From Oikopleura dioica (taxonomy: Eukaryota > Animalia > Chordata): 64,000 bases of DNA. Where the stretch lies: the NCBI GenBank assembly GCA_907165135.1, contig OU015567.1, positions 248,001-312,000 of the forward strand. The letters are read 5' to 3'. A program made the translations under genes and the position numbers. The first letter of the stretch is position 1. Every line of letters begins with the position of its first letter. Below the pieces are notes generated by a model that was given only the letters and a program-made list of their open reading frames with translations, made no database searches and was not told the origin of the DNA. This document shows, in pieces, positions 1 to 11,820 of this stretch.

Positions 1-310
1 CTACCCCGTCCGAGGAATGGTCAAAGCGGGGACGAAGGACTTAGAGAGTTATTGCCATATTTCCGTTAGTTATATCCATTCCGGATTGGAGGATGGAACG
101 AGGGGTCCTGGGGGGAAGGTCTTTGTTGATACCAGCGTGTCCATCAATGTAAGTCTGTGCATCAAGTTGTTTTGCTCCTGACTAGATTATTTTTCTGAAT
201 ATTTAAAAAAAATCCGCTTTGCAAATAAAAAAAAAAACGCTTTGATGCTGGCTTTGGCGCGTAGTTGACTCTTTATAACCTAAATTGACGACATTTTGAC
301 CCCTGCTCAG

Positions 311-402
311 CGAGTGCAAAGAAGGCGTCTCAGGACTCAAGTGTACGCATTGTGCCCCTGGGTACATTCAGACCAAGTCACCGATTAAGCCATGCGAAAA
401 AA
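311..402 (+). CDS. Laminin-type EGF (LE) exon resembling the end of netrin LE3
   Basis: After a CTCAG acceptor (310) the frame reads ECKEGVSGLKCTHCAPGYIQTKSPIKPCEK, followed by GTAAG at 403. It closely resembles netrin [27 protein letters not shown]. No downstream netrin NTR-domain exon was found in the window. Confidence 0.6.
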
Positions 403-440
403 GTAAGAAAAAACTGCAGCAGCTCCATCAGTTATCGGTA

Positions 441-1233
441 ATGTCTTGTCATTATGACCAAGAACTTATTCTAAGATACGATGGCTCAGAAATCCTGGAG
501 GTTTTACCAGAGACTACGCGAAGTCATTTGTATATCGGTGGTCATATTCCACTTTACCGAAATCCTGATCACCCAGGCGACCTTTTTTCGATACTACTTG
601 GTGGCTATGATAGTAAATTTGGTATCTACAGGAATTCAGTTGAGTAGCTAAGGTGATTAAATGTAGAAAAATCTCCAGAAAGGTTGAGAAAATTTGTAGC
701 CCGGATAGTGGATGGATCGAAGATGAGAGTTTGACGTTTCCTGAAGAAGATAATACTGGAAAAGGTCTAAGTGCTTATTGCGCTGTTTCGGGGGAATTCG
801 GACTGGTAATCATTCCAGGAAGAACAAGGTTAGTGAATATATGAAGCAAGATATTCACCAATTTAAAAGCTCGAATCGAAAAATATGGCGGCTTCACAAA
901 AATCAATGGGAAAATATCGGACTCGTTCCATGGTAAGATAATCGAGAGTTAATTAAGTCCTTTTAATTTCTTTTGTAATTTTTAGGACATCATTCAGAGG
1001 ATACGCAAGAGCTGTTCTTTTTCCTTATAACGAGGTCAGTTGATTCTATTTGGCGATTTTGTTCATTTAATGTTTCGAAGATAATGGTCCTTGGAGGATA
1101 TTCGGGAGATTGGAAGTTCACCAAATTCATATTCAACGAAGATTTCACCTCGATCGAAGGGGAAGATCTTACCCATTTGCCCGCACTTAAAAATTGGGAT
1201 GATCTTTCTGCGATGCTTGTGCTTGAAAATTAA
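441..1233 (+). CDS. Kelch/galactose-oxidase-like beta-propeller protein (spliced)
   Basis: Exon pieces contain GG-kelch-like motifs (ILLGGYD, IWRLHKNQWENIG, IMVLGGYSGDW). Short introns at about 933-986 and 1035-1080; stop TAA at 1231-1233. The start is uncertain because the frame is continuous with the 311-402 exon. Confidence 0.6.
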
Positions 1234-1277
1234 TGTGTGATCAACTGAGGAATAAAAAAGAGCCTGAGGAAGACCTA

Positions 1278-1491
1278 CAGGCGTGGACTAATTTTGAGTC
1301 GCGAAAGGCGACGTCATAGCAGCGCCTCAGCCAGCTATCAAGAATTCCTATCGTCCAGCCCACGAATCAGCAGGGTCACATTTGCGCGCATTTTAAACTT
1401 CATCTTCGGGCCAGATGATAGGAATTCTTGATAGCTGGCTGAGGCGCTGCTATGACGTCGCCTATCGCGACTCAAAATTAGTCCACGCCTG
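1278..1491. mobile_element. Tc1/mariner-type MITE (214 bp)
   Basis: Terminal inverted repeats (TIRs) of about 75 bp with one mismatch, CAGGCGTGGACTAATTTTGAG..., flanked by TA at 1276-77 and 1492-93. Confidence 0.85.
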
Positions 1492-1570
1492 TAGAGCCTC
1501 TAGGCTAGAGGTTGAGTAAAAATTGTCTAATTGAAGTATATTTTTGAAAAAAAAAAGGGTTCAAAGAATA

Positions 1571-2599
1571 TTACAGTGCAACAAGCTCATCGCCATTGAT
1601 AAGAATTCCGAGATCGATTAGTTCACGAATGACACTTTCAGCTTCGAGAGGAAAATCATTGATCGTAGCCAGGCCAGAGCATTCAGCTAAGCCAGCAAGA
1701 CGAGCGATAGTGAAATCGAGACCGCAGAAGATTCGTTTCTCCCCGATTTGGAAGAAAATTCGCTCGGACATTGGGACAAACCCGGGTCCTAAAATATAGA
1801 AATTAATCAAGTGCACATAGAACAACTGAATCGTTATTTTCTGTTTTCGAAATCGTTAATTTGGAAAGAAAATAGCGTATCTTCGAATGCACAGAAGAAT
1901 TATGGCTTTCTTCTCGTACCTTTTGCCGTGGCCTTCAGTTTCATCAGTCTTACTTTCGCCGCCATGGCTCTTTGTTTGTCCGAGAGTTTCTTCTTGCTCG
2001 TGGCGGTTTTCGTCGAAGGAGTTGTTATTGTGGATACGAGGTTCTTCAACGCTTCTATTGTTGCTTTCGTTTCTTGTGTTATCACTCCTGAGAATTTACA
2101 GAAAGAAAAAATGGAATAGAGGCATTACCTTTCTCAGCGCGCTTGGCATCGAGTACTTTTTCGTATTCTCCGCAGGAATGATCGTCTGTATGTCTGTGTT
2201 GGAGGCAAAACAAGTTCTTACAGAACTCGCAAGTGACTTTTTGACCTAAAGTATCGAATAGACTTTTGAAAAAGCGAGAATAATTACATTAACTGGTGAT
2301 ATAAGCGAGGATAAACCTTCCTTTTAAGCCGCAGCCGTCAACTGAGCATTTTTCAGAACTGTATACAGGCATAGGAGGAAGGGAGGAGGAGGAATCTGGT
2401 ATTTTTGAACATTTATGGGCATCTGTATGGGAATGGTTCTCGCAGAAAACCTCTTTCGAAGCGTTTTCGAGCTGATTTTCCAGGAAACACCCCTCTCTTT
2501 CTATCGAAAAACGCTTTCTTTGCAAAAATCACATGTTATCGGGAGGAAATCATGCCTTCCACAGCTCTCTAGCGAGCAATTTGCGCCTATATGATCCAT
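1571..2599 (-). CDS. ZFAND1: AN1-type zinc finger protein 1 homolog
   Basis: Spliced reading MDHIGANCSLESCGRHDFLPITCDFCK..VFCENHSHTDAHKC (AN1 finger) and AAKVRLMKLKATAKG|PGFVPMSERIFFQ match ZFAND1 hallmarks (AAKVALMKLKMHADG..PQTERIYFQV). Confidence 0.85.
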
Positions 2600-2796
2600 T
2601 TTTCGCGAATTTTGCTACGATTTCTGAACAGAAAGATGCTTGAATTCAACTTTGAAGAAATAAACAACGAAAAAAGAGAAGCTTCAGCAGTATTTATTCG
2701 GAACGAGTTCACGACTGTATAATAAAGATGGTAGAATGTTCAACTTTCAGAAAAACAAAAGAAAAGAAATAATAATTTAAACTTTAAAATTCTAAA

Positions 2797-5363
2797 CTAG
2801 CTTTTCCCGTCGCAATTTCGCCCTTCGTCGCAGCATATTAACAGGCATTCTTCAGATTTGTTGTCTTCATAGCTAAAGCAATCGTTATTGCATCAATGGT
2901 ATCTTTGAGAAAGGAGCGAAAAACTCCTTAGGTCCGAAAGTTAAGATAGATACACCCTTATTATTTCTCCGAAATAAGAGTGACATCTTTCAGAAAACGG
3001 TGGTCGAAAAGTTACTCTTCGCGGAGAGACTGTACTTACGTTAAAACATTACTGTCTCCATTCGACGAAGTTTCCGTGAGCGAAGTATCATTTGTACTTA
3101 ATTCTGGCTGAATTGTGAGATGGTGGATTCCGTTTTTATGGAATATTTGCCGAGCTTCAGAGACGATCTACGAATTTCGGTATTGAAAAGGAAACGGGGT
3201 TAATAATAAAGATAAATGTTAGTACTTTTAATATAACAGGAAGCTTTACTTGGTTGAAGTTTTGAAGGTCGACGTTGAGCATTTTGAGATGAACAGTGCC
3301 GACGATTTGATCGCCAGCAAGAGTCCAAATGTGCAGGTCGTGAATTTTTACGATGGCGTTATATTTACTCCTGATTTTTCGGGTTAAACGGGATAGAAGA
3401 GGGCAGGTTTACCTAATTGTAGAACAGACATCTTCTTTGATCTTCTCCATGTCGATTCCTCGCGGAACTGTCTGCATCAAAATCATTACAGGAACTAAAT
3501 AGAGCATTCAGAACAAGTCAGTGAGTACAGTTTCTTACCTCTGAGAAGTTTGAGCGTCGTGTAAAGAATCAGCATCGTTAGCAAAAATGAAGTAGCGGGA
3601 TCAACGTACAGGGTCCAGTGCTTCGGCCCATTGGGAAACATAAGCGAAAGATAGGTCGACGATGAGGAAATATTGCTGGAGGTGAACATCGTTTCGATCG
3701 CGTCCTCCGTCAGTCCTTCAGAAACATATCAAAATAATTTCAAAAACATGGAAAGGCCGAATAGGTAGCATTGTCCCCTAAAAATCCCCAAACGCCAGGA
3801 CAGCATTTTTTTTAAATGTCACAAAACTGGGGGGCGAAAAGTACCTGTCGACAACAAAAACTCGCCACTTTCGACAGCCTCAGCGTGATAATTACAGTTC
3901 TCCAGCGATTCATCGTTACAGTTATTGAAGAAGTACATCAACAGCGCTGACAGACAAACGACGACGGAGCCAAAGAAGTCACCAGCGACGTGTAGAAAGA
4001 TCCCACGCATATTCAAAGCAGCAGCGCTTTTGGCCATGTCCATTTCGACATGAAGGTTGCCGTCGTCTGTGGCGTGGCTGTGGCCATGTCTGAATAAATA
4101 AACGTCAGACAGGGGTAAACTGAATAATCGAGGAACTGGGATGAACTTTTCTCTTTGCCTTTTTTGTCTATTTTTTTAGCGCCTCAGACAGGAATAACTT
4201 GAATCATTGAAAGAGGATTTTTTAAAAATTTAAAACTTTAGTTTTTGAAGCAAAAAGACGTGAATATTGAATAGGAGAGAAGGGTCCTTAATCTCGGCTC
4301 GTCAACAAACCTGAGTCAAGGTCCTTTCAGAGCCCTGACTCAGGTTTCCACACAGGTTTCCGATCCCGAAATAAGTAAAAAATAAGGGAGGAGCCCCCTT
4401 AATTTACTGAAAAACTCACCCGCCTCCAGAATGAGAATGTCCATGTCCAGTTCCGTCGCCGCAAAATATCATCAGCCCGACGATATTCATGACGAGTCCT
4501 CCTAATCCGACGTAGAGGACTAGCAGCGGATTCTCCACCGGCTCAGGCTAGATTTATTTCAATTAGAAATAATGAAATCGAAGAAAAGCGAACCTGGATA
4601 AACTTTTCTATCGATTCCAAGATGAGGATGACACAGAGAGCGAGGAGAAACACTGCGTTAATTAAAGAACCTGAAAATAGATCATCAAAAAAAGCATTAG
4701 TATTTGATAAATGAAGGCTTTTAGCGGTTAATGTCCTTTTGGAGAATAAAACAGAAAAAGGCTAGATATAGCTACCTATACGTACATAGTTAGTTACCTA
4801 AGATTTCTGAGCGACTCCATCCAAAAGTGTTCTTTTCCGAAAGAACCTTTGCGTCGACAGATTTTTTCGAAATTTTGATGGCAACGAGGGCGACGACCAA
4901 GCATAGTCCATCGGACAGCATGTGGCAGGCGTCGGCGACCAGCGCCAGCGAGTTGTTTAAAAAACCGACGAAAATTTCGACAAAGAAATAACTTAAAACG
5001 GAAGTCAGTAGGGTTAGGGTTAGTGCGGTTTACTCACGATAAAACTAGGGAAAGCATGAAAATAATACGGCATTCTTTTGAGGCGATGTTTTTTGAGCAT
5101 TTTGAGCTGTCTTCTGAGTGGGAGTGACCATGGTCCGAGGAAATTGTGCGATCCTGAAGAAAAATATTAAGGGAACAGTCATCTTTATATTCTTTTAGAG
5201 GGATGTTCTCCCAGGAAATAGTTTAGCAAGAGCCTTTTGCTGCTGATTTTAAGGGTTTAGACGTCGATAAACTGGATTTTAGCTAAATTTGTTTCTTTAT
5301 TTTTACAATCACCCCCGATTTCTCTTTTACCGTTGCTTTTTTATTAGTAATGGTCTCGATCAT
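2797..5363 (-). CDS. SLC30A1: Cation diffusion facilitator zinc exporter, ZnT1/ZnT10-like (about 10 exons)
   Basis: Motifs ALVADACHMLSD, NTFGWSRSEILG, HGHSH loops, LNMRGIFLHVAGDFFGSV, WTLYVDP, ILMQTVP and IHDLHIWTLAG; GT-AG introns with consistent phases. Confidence 0.9.
4294..4369. mobile_element. CCTGAGTCAGG-family MITE copy (left end partly deleted) inside ZnT intron 4090-4419
   Basis: GGCTCG...AAACCTGAGTCAAG / CCCTGACTCAGGTTTCCACACAGGTTTCCG inverted ends. Confidence 0.7.
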
Positions 5364-6344
5364 TTTCCAATTTAAAAAATCGGTTTATTTTTTATTTCTC
5401 AAGTCTGTATTTTGAATTCTGAGTACCCCTTCTGTCTGAAACCCGTAATTGCGCCCCACAAAAAAAGGCTGGAGCCGGCCACAAATTATTAATTTAGCTT
5501 ATCATGATTACCTTTCGACTGAACGAGCAGGTCATTTTTTATTCACTAATTTTCTCGTAAATTATTTAGCCCTTCTATCGAAAAAAATAATAATAACAAC
5601 AAAACAGGACGTTCAAGAACGATCTATTACTGTCGTTTACTTCTCGAGCTTTCTCTAGAAAATTCGAAATAAGAAGAAGAAAAATCTTTTTGACCCTGAC
5701 TCAGGTTTTCTTCTCAGGAATCCTGAGTCAGGTAGTCACGCGCAGGGTTAAACTTCTATGAAAATTTTCGTTTTTTGTGAAATATTTCTTGAAGAAATAT
5801 GGAAGGTAAAAAGTGAACCTGTAGAAACTCGACATATTCTTCAGATAAAACGGAAGGCTTCCTCATCTTTTTTTTCGTCAGATAAAAATCTCTCTATTTT
5901 AGCTGCTTCTTCTGACTACTCTCCCGTTTATTTGGAAGTTAGTGATTTCCCAAAAGACTCTTTTCAATATCACCCGTCTCGAAAGCTTTATTGCTGCTTT
6001 GGCTTTCGCAGTAAAAGACGAACAGTTTTGAAGCTTCTACTAATGGATGGGAAAGGAAGCTTTTCTCAGGATTGAGGATTGTTTTGAGGATGAGAATAAT
6101 CAATATCATTTCTTCATCGAAATCGATTACAACTAAATATAACTCTGCTTGCAATAAATTCAGATAGAGCGTGAAGAAAGAGATCGGGCGGAGAGACTGC
6201 AATTATCTTGATAATTGTAGAATAAGCCTACAGTATCAGAGAGAGATTACAGTAGAAAATATGCAAGCAGTTTTTCTAATGAGAAAATGGCCCCTGGACT
6301 TGATCCAGAATCAGGGACCTACGATCTATGAGTCATAGACTATG

Positions 6345-6507
6345 ACTTGGTAGCCTGTGTAGAAGACAGGGTCTGGAAAGAGCTTCAGTGAAAAGCCGCG
6401 GGCGGCTTTGCCTTAACCCCTGTGGGAGTTCCAGAAAAGCCGCTACGCGGCTATATATTTAAGACCTTTCTGGCCCTGACCCATCTGTTCTACACAGGTT
6501 ACTGAGC
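6345..6507. mobile_element. Diverged CCTGAGTCAGG-family MITE copy with internal AAAAGCCGC repeats
   Basis: CTTGGTAGCCTGTGTAGAAGACAGGGTC is an imperfect inverse of GACCCATCTGTTCTACACAGGTTACTGAG. Confidence 0.6.
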
Positions 6508-7053
6508 TCAGATGTTTAGCCACTGCACTGTAGGCTTGCGTTATACATACTGTAAATAATGGTGAACTCAAGGAAACTTACATATCGGACAGATTCAGCA
6601 CTGGTATCAAAATAAGCTGGGTTTTCAACCGTCATTTGATAATTATTAAATTCGAGTTTTCTCTTGAAATCGTTGAAATGTATTCTTTTTCGCCTCAGAA
6701 CTCGGTTTTGTCCTCAGATCAAATATTTAGCCGCGCTTTATTATGCAAAAAATGTATTCAATTTCGCAATAAATGCGAATTCAAGAACAAAAAAACGCCT
6801 GATTTCAGGATTTGAGAAAATAAACTTATTTATTGAAATAGTCGAGCTACAAAGGTCAACAAGACCAGGCACTAAAGGACTGTTTACTGTCCAAATCTTT
6901 CAAACAGAGACTGATGTTTTTGAGACGAAAAATAAGATTTTCAAAGGATTTCCGAGATAATCGGAAAAGCCGCTTGCGGCTCCAAATGGAACAAAAAGTC
7001 GCCAAATACGCTGCTAGAATTTTCGTTCCATTAAGCCACAAGCGGCTTTTCGT

Positions 7054-7274
7054 TTGAAATAGGGGGTCCCCATTTCAATGGATAATTACTTTTGGTTGAT
7101 ACGCAGTTTAACGAATCTATTCTTCCTTAAGAGAGTCCCCTTTTTAACGGATTTTCTGAAAAGTCAATTCAACAAAATCCGTTAAAAAAGGGAACTTTTT
7201 GAAGAAAATCAGATCCGTTAAAATAAAACTTCCCAAAAGTATTTTCCGTCGAAATAGGGACACCCTATTTCCAA
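7054..7274. mobile_element. Degenerate foldback/MITE
   Basis: Nested imperfect inverted repeats (GAAATAGGGG../..CCCTATTTC; TTTTTAACGGATTTT/AAAATCCGTTAAAAA). Confidence 0.5.
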
Positions 7275-7348
7275 AAAAATAAAACTAAGACACCTTATTC
7301 GGCCTCATTATCATCAAAAATATCCTTTCGGTGAACACCAAAACTTAC

Positions 7349-7405
7349 AGATAATAGCCCATTTCCAGTCTCGTCTAATTCCGAGTCATTTCGGCTTCCG
7401 GCCAT
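7349..7405 (-). CDS. Putative alternative first coding exon of the ZnT gene (MAGSRNDSELDETGNGLLS)
   Basis: AAAAATG start, 19 codons and a phase-0 GTAAG donor, compatible with the phase-0 acceptor of the ZnT exon at 5153. Confidence 0.4.
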
Positions 7406-8534
7406 TTTTTTCTTCAGTAATTATCTCTAATTCGCTCCTTCCCAAAAACAAATTGAAGAATTTTCGCCTCGCTATTTTTTTCTCTCCAGAATTTGAAAAA
7501 GAGGGTTGAACTCGTCACTTGAAAAAGGAAACGAACGAGCAAAGAGCAAAAAATTAAAAATTAATTTTTATCCACCATTTCAACTCGGCTAGTGATTCAT
7601 TTTTCGCGTGGGTTAGTTCGCGCGGAGGGAAAAAGGCGAATTTTTGTGACCCGAAATTCGCTTTTCGTCTCAAATATAGAAAAAGAGAGACAGTTGACGT
7701 GTTTTGACTCGAAAAAACAAGGATGAAAAAAGGTGTAATTTCGCAATTGTGATGAGTTTTGGGGATAAAATTACAAAACAAAAGAAACAGTTTTCTATTA
7801 ATCATCATTGATATAAATTGCGACAAAATGCTTGATTTTCGCGACACTTTTTTGTCAATCAGATTCAATGATTGGTAAATTTTTTAATAATTTGGTCGAA
7901 TTTTGGCCAAAATCGTCGTATTTTTTCTCCTGTCGGCCCATAGAAGCAGACCTTTTCCTGTCCTTCTGTTTTCGAGCCAAAATCATGCAGCTCAATTTCA
8001 ATTGAAAAATAAATTCTGAAACAATTCACGATCAATCATCGTAAAACTAAGTCTCCCGCGAAAACCGCTCACCCAAAAAAGAAGTCGTTAATTTTCTTTT
8101 TTTTTTTACCTTTGAGCATTTAGAATCTTCATCGAAGAAAATACAGGATGCGTTCAATTCCATTTTCTCTTTTTTCTTCTCACTTGACCATTTATCGCTT
8201 TCTCTCTATTTTTAGGATTTTTCGATCAGATCAAACGGCCAATAAAAAGGGTCGAAAGAAAATTGTCATAAAAATTTTCCGCTTCAGATTCTGAAGAGTT
8301 GTATTGGAGTTTTTTCGTCGAAAAACAAACTCGAGACTTTCAAATTTGAAATTGCTAAAGTCATAATACCGGGTAGGGTTGGCCAAAAAAATGAAAACGA
8401 TTTTTCAGTCATTTTTTCTCGAAATAAATGTTTATATAAAAGTAAACATTTTTGTATTTATTGTGATACCCTAGCGTTATCGGAACATACTTTTATCACC
8501 CCTTAAAAAATTTGAAACTTTGAAAAAGAAAATT

Positions 8535-8600
8535 GCGGCGCTGGGATTCGAACCCAAAACGTCCGTTGGAGCGGTCAACACCACTCTCCACCAAGCCATG
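8535..8600 (-). other. tRNA-derived Pol III-like unit (A box + B box, then T-run) inside the hAT left end; not a foldable tRNA
   Basis: The minus strand reads TGGCTTGGTGG ... GGGTTCGAATCCCAG ... TTTT; the acceptor stem does not pair. Confidence 0.5.
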
Positions 8601-9355
8601 GATACTTGGAGGAGGCTTCAGAAAATGAGTTTTTATTTGAAAATATGAATCTTTCATCAAATTGAAAGAAAAGGACCAGCGTTTTCTTCACTTTGTTCGG
8701 AAAAAGCACGATTCCGTCGATTGTTTTCATCACTGTTCCAACTTAATTTACTTATTTATTACTTTTAATAATAAAATATCGATTAATTATATAAAATAAA
8801 ATAATTCTCCCTAACCAGCCGTCTGCAAGACCGAGAGAAAATTGCACTATTTTCTCTAGCTGCTCGGCATTGGCGGAAATTCTGGCATAAGAATTCCAGC
8901 CGAGGAAGAGAAGTTGGTGGAGAAGGGAAAATTCGGTTGTGAGGATCGTGGAGAGTCGGAGGCGAAATAGAGGAGGTTGAGGAGGAAGATGGCGATGAAG
9001 AAGAGGAGGAGGAAAGTAAAAAAATATTTTTTTAATCTCTAGGAGGTAGACATAATTTCTTCCTAAAATTAACATAGTGACACCCTTATTTTTATTTTCT
9101 TATTTTACATGTAAATTAATTTAATCATATTAATTAATTAAATAGTTTTTATATTTGAAAATAAAAAAGACTCAAGATCAGGAAGGGGCGCCCACAGATC
9201 TTTTGCCAGAAGAAGCTGTCGGGCGCCAAGGGGGATCCCCGGCGGATCGACGGGAAGGGACGAGGCCTTGTCCGGGCCGGTGACTGGCAGATGGTTCAGG
9301 GTACGCCGCGCTGGCTCCTGAGGCTACCCCAGCCCGACCCGGACTAAACCCTAAG

Positions 9356-11165
9356 TTCGAGTTTTGCGAGACTGCGATGACTTTGTTTTGGGAGCGGATG
9401 GATCAAAAATTGCTTCGACAAAGTTCCAATCATTCACGATCAGATCCGGAACAGAATGCTATATTTTTCAACTGGTCGCCATTCCTGATGAAAAGTCTGA
9501 AACCGTCCGCGAAGCCTTTCAGTCTTATCTCTCAAGTTTTCCAGACGAAACTCAGCAGCATTTCGCTTCAAAGGTTTCTTTAGTTTCAGAAACGGCATTA
9601 AACTCTTTATAGTGCATGGCGACAGCGAGCGATTCTGCGGCGAACGCACTTAAAAGCTGCAAGCTTATTATGGAAACCTTGGATAAAATCACGCCAAGAG
9701 AAAGGCTTCATCTGAAATGCTCGATGCATAAGGTAATTGTTTGCGACATGTTTTTCGAGAAAATGAATTATTCCGTTAGGTCTGTCATATGGAGAAGTGT
9801 ATCCGAGCTTGCATCCAGAACGTTTTTGATGATATCTTGCAGTTTTGTGAAGCATATTTGACGTGTTCCAGGAGCCATGGACTTCATGGTTCCCAAGGCA
9901 GCAAGCTCAAAATTTATCTTGAAGCCCTTCGATCTCGTGATGGTCTACAGAAAGTGACAAAGCCGCTTGAAATGCAAAGTCATGTTCGGTAAATTTATCT
10001 TGATGAAAACAGTTATATTCATTTTTCTTAGTTTTGGTAATCTTACCAGAAATCTCCAGCGAATCGCAACAAACTACAGCGATATTGTCGATTTCATCCG
10101 GTTCGAGCTCGCTCTCACTGACGATGCGAAGGTTATGGAAGACAATAAAGCGCAGGCGATCATTGAATTCGCCAGCTCGGCGATGGTTTATTCCGTCATC
10201 GTGAGTCCTTACTGGTCAAAAGTGTCCGGCCTGATGAACTCAGAACAATATCTGTCTCTTGAGGAGCATTTCAAGCAAGTTCTTAAAGATGTTCTCTCAT
10301 CTTCTTCTCCTGCTTTATTCCTTTTGAAAAGGGCGAAAGAAATCGACAGTTCCTCTTGGGAACTTGGATTCGAAGATGTTGTATTGGAAATCTCTCGAGA
10401 TACATCGAACTCCAAGTTCCTCGACGAGTGCATCAAAATGCGTCTTCACGCTGTTGAGAAACGGTTCGGCGATTTCGTGAATGAATGCAGCTTTCCATTC
10501 GCAAAAGAAATATCATTCACAAATCAGGTTTATATTTGTCCGCATACAACAAAATACATAACTTTAAATAAGGACTGCGAGAGAAGCTTCGGATCAGCTA
10601 AAGACTCATTCTCCTCGAAGTATAATATGGACACGTTCAAGTTCCAACAAGCAGTGATGAGTCGCTTCAATATGACCTTCTCTTTTTGGCGACGACAGAC
10701 TGACTTCGAGCAGAAACTCGGCCAGTTCATGGCAAATGCCTCTTCCAAAGAAGCTTCTATCACGGAGAGAAGAAGATCCGACCATAATGATTCTATTGCG
10801 AGAATGCTGTCCGATATTGAAGAAGGTGAAAAAAATCGAACACAAGTGGCAGTTTTTGAAGCCGTTATCGCAGAACATAAGCTTTGGCCGTCTCCCATCA
10901 ACGAGGTTGAATAGTAGTTCGATCTGATGCATCATTTTTCATTTAGGCTGACGATAAACAGTGCTTGAAAACATTCACACAGCTTGTGCAGCCAAACTAC
11001 CCAGTGAAAGTTTCACTTCATCAGTTTCGAGGTCATGTTCTGGGCTATATCAACAAACAGCTTTCTGCAGAGGACAAAGAAATCATTCAATCAAAGTTGA
11101 AAAAGAAAAGATCATTGAAAGAACTGTTCAATCAAACCGTTGAACACTTCAATAAACTCCAATAA
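9356..11165 (+). CDS. hAT-like DDE transposase, spliced (catalytic core open)
   Basis: GT-AG introns at 9574-9612, 9733-9779, 9989-10031, 10528-10572 and 10906-10946 join the ORFs in frame. Motifs: LGADGS (D1), ASDSAAN (D2), KCSMH (CxxH), RFGNL and TNQDCERSFG (E). N-terminal exons (about 8810-9300) are unresolved. Confidence 0.85.
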
Positions 11166-11191
11166 TTGATCTCGAAAAAATTAGCGTGTTC

Positions 11192-11226
11192 AAAAAAATG
11201 GTCTCACTGGGATTCGAACCCGGGCC
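11192..11226 (-). other. tRNA T-arm/B-box fragment followed by T7 inside the hAT right end
   Basis: The minus strand reads CCCGGGTTCGAATCCCAGTGAGACCATTTTTTT; it shares the 15-mer CTGGGATTCGAACCC with 8541-8555. Confidence 0.45.
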
Positions 11227-11820
11227 CCCTTGGTTCATGGGTGATGTTTTAGGGCATCAAAACGTTTTTCAAATTGAAAAAGCGGATTAAATTGATAATA
11301 CACTAAAAACTATAAAAACAAAATTTTTATAATTTTAGCCCTCTTCCTCACACCTTCTATGAAAAAAGTGTCTTCCGATACCGCTAGAGACTCATCCGAC
11401 GGCTCAAAAGACCGCCTTGATGAGCTCTATCTAAATCTAAAAGAAAAACTTCTGAAAAGTGGTACTAGAAAAAGTTATTGCGAAAAACCACTTTTCGGCT
11501 ACTTTCAAGCCTCCAAAAATGGGTACCCGAAAATTTTTTCCAAATTTTTTGAAAAATATTATTTTATAGACCCAAATATACAATCAAGGAAAGTTTTAAG
11601 GAAATCAAAGGACCATCCTTTTTTGGCCAACCCTAATACCGGGTCGTCCGTCGTCTATTTGCTCTTTCGTAATGTCTTTCATTTGGCAGGATCTGTCTGT
11701 TTTGTGTGCTCTTCTGAGTAAAGAAGAGGGTAAATTTAGGGCGTTCCCAGCTTGGATACAGTCAGCTTTGATTTGAAACAAGGAAGAACGGAAGAAGAGC
11801 TGATTTTGACTTCATCTTTA

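Larger units (their letters stand above)
8374..11635 (+). mobile_element. Full-length hAT-superfamily DNA transposon (3262 bp)
   Basis: Perfect 17-bp TIR TAGGGTTGGCCAAAAAA; perfect 8-bp TSD ATACCGGG (8366-8373, 11636-11643); internal DDE transposase. Confidence 0.92.

Noticed and set aside
1571-5363. Zinc-themed operon (ZnT next to ZFAND1)
   Set aside because: They are on the same strand about 200 bp apart, but there is no functional link or trans-splicing evidence in the sequence alone.
8310-8335. SLEFVFR shared with the kelch-like ORF at about 15050
   Set aside because: It is a seven-residue match without surrounding similarity.
8535-8600. Functional tRNA gene
   Set aside because: There is no acceptor-stem pairing or anticodon arm; no complete tRNA was found anywhere in the window.
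9170-9355. GC-rich stretch ending in CTAAACCCTAA as a telomerase RNA or ribozyme
   Set aside because: It is better explained as a transposase exon plus a 55-nt GT-AG intron (9301-9355) whose 3' end contains this motif.
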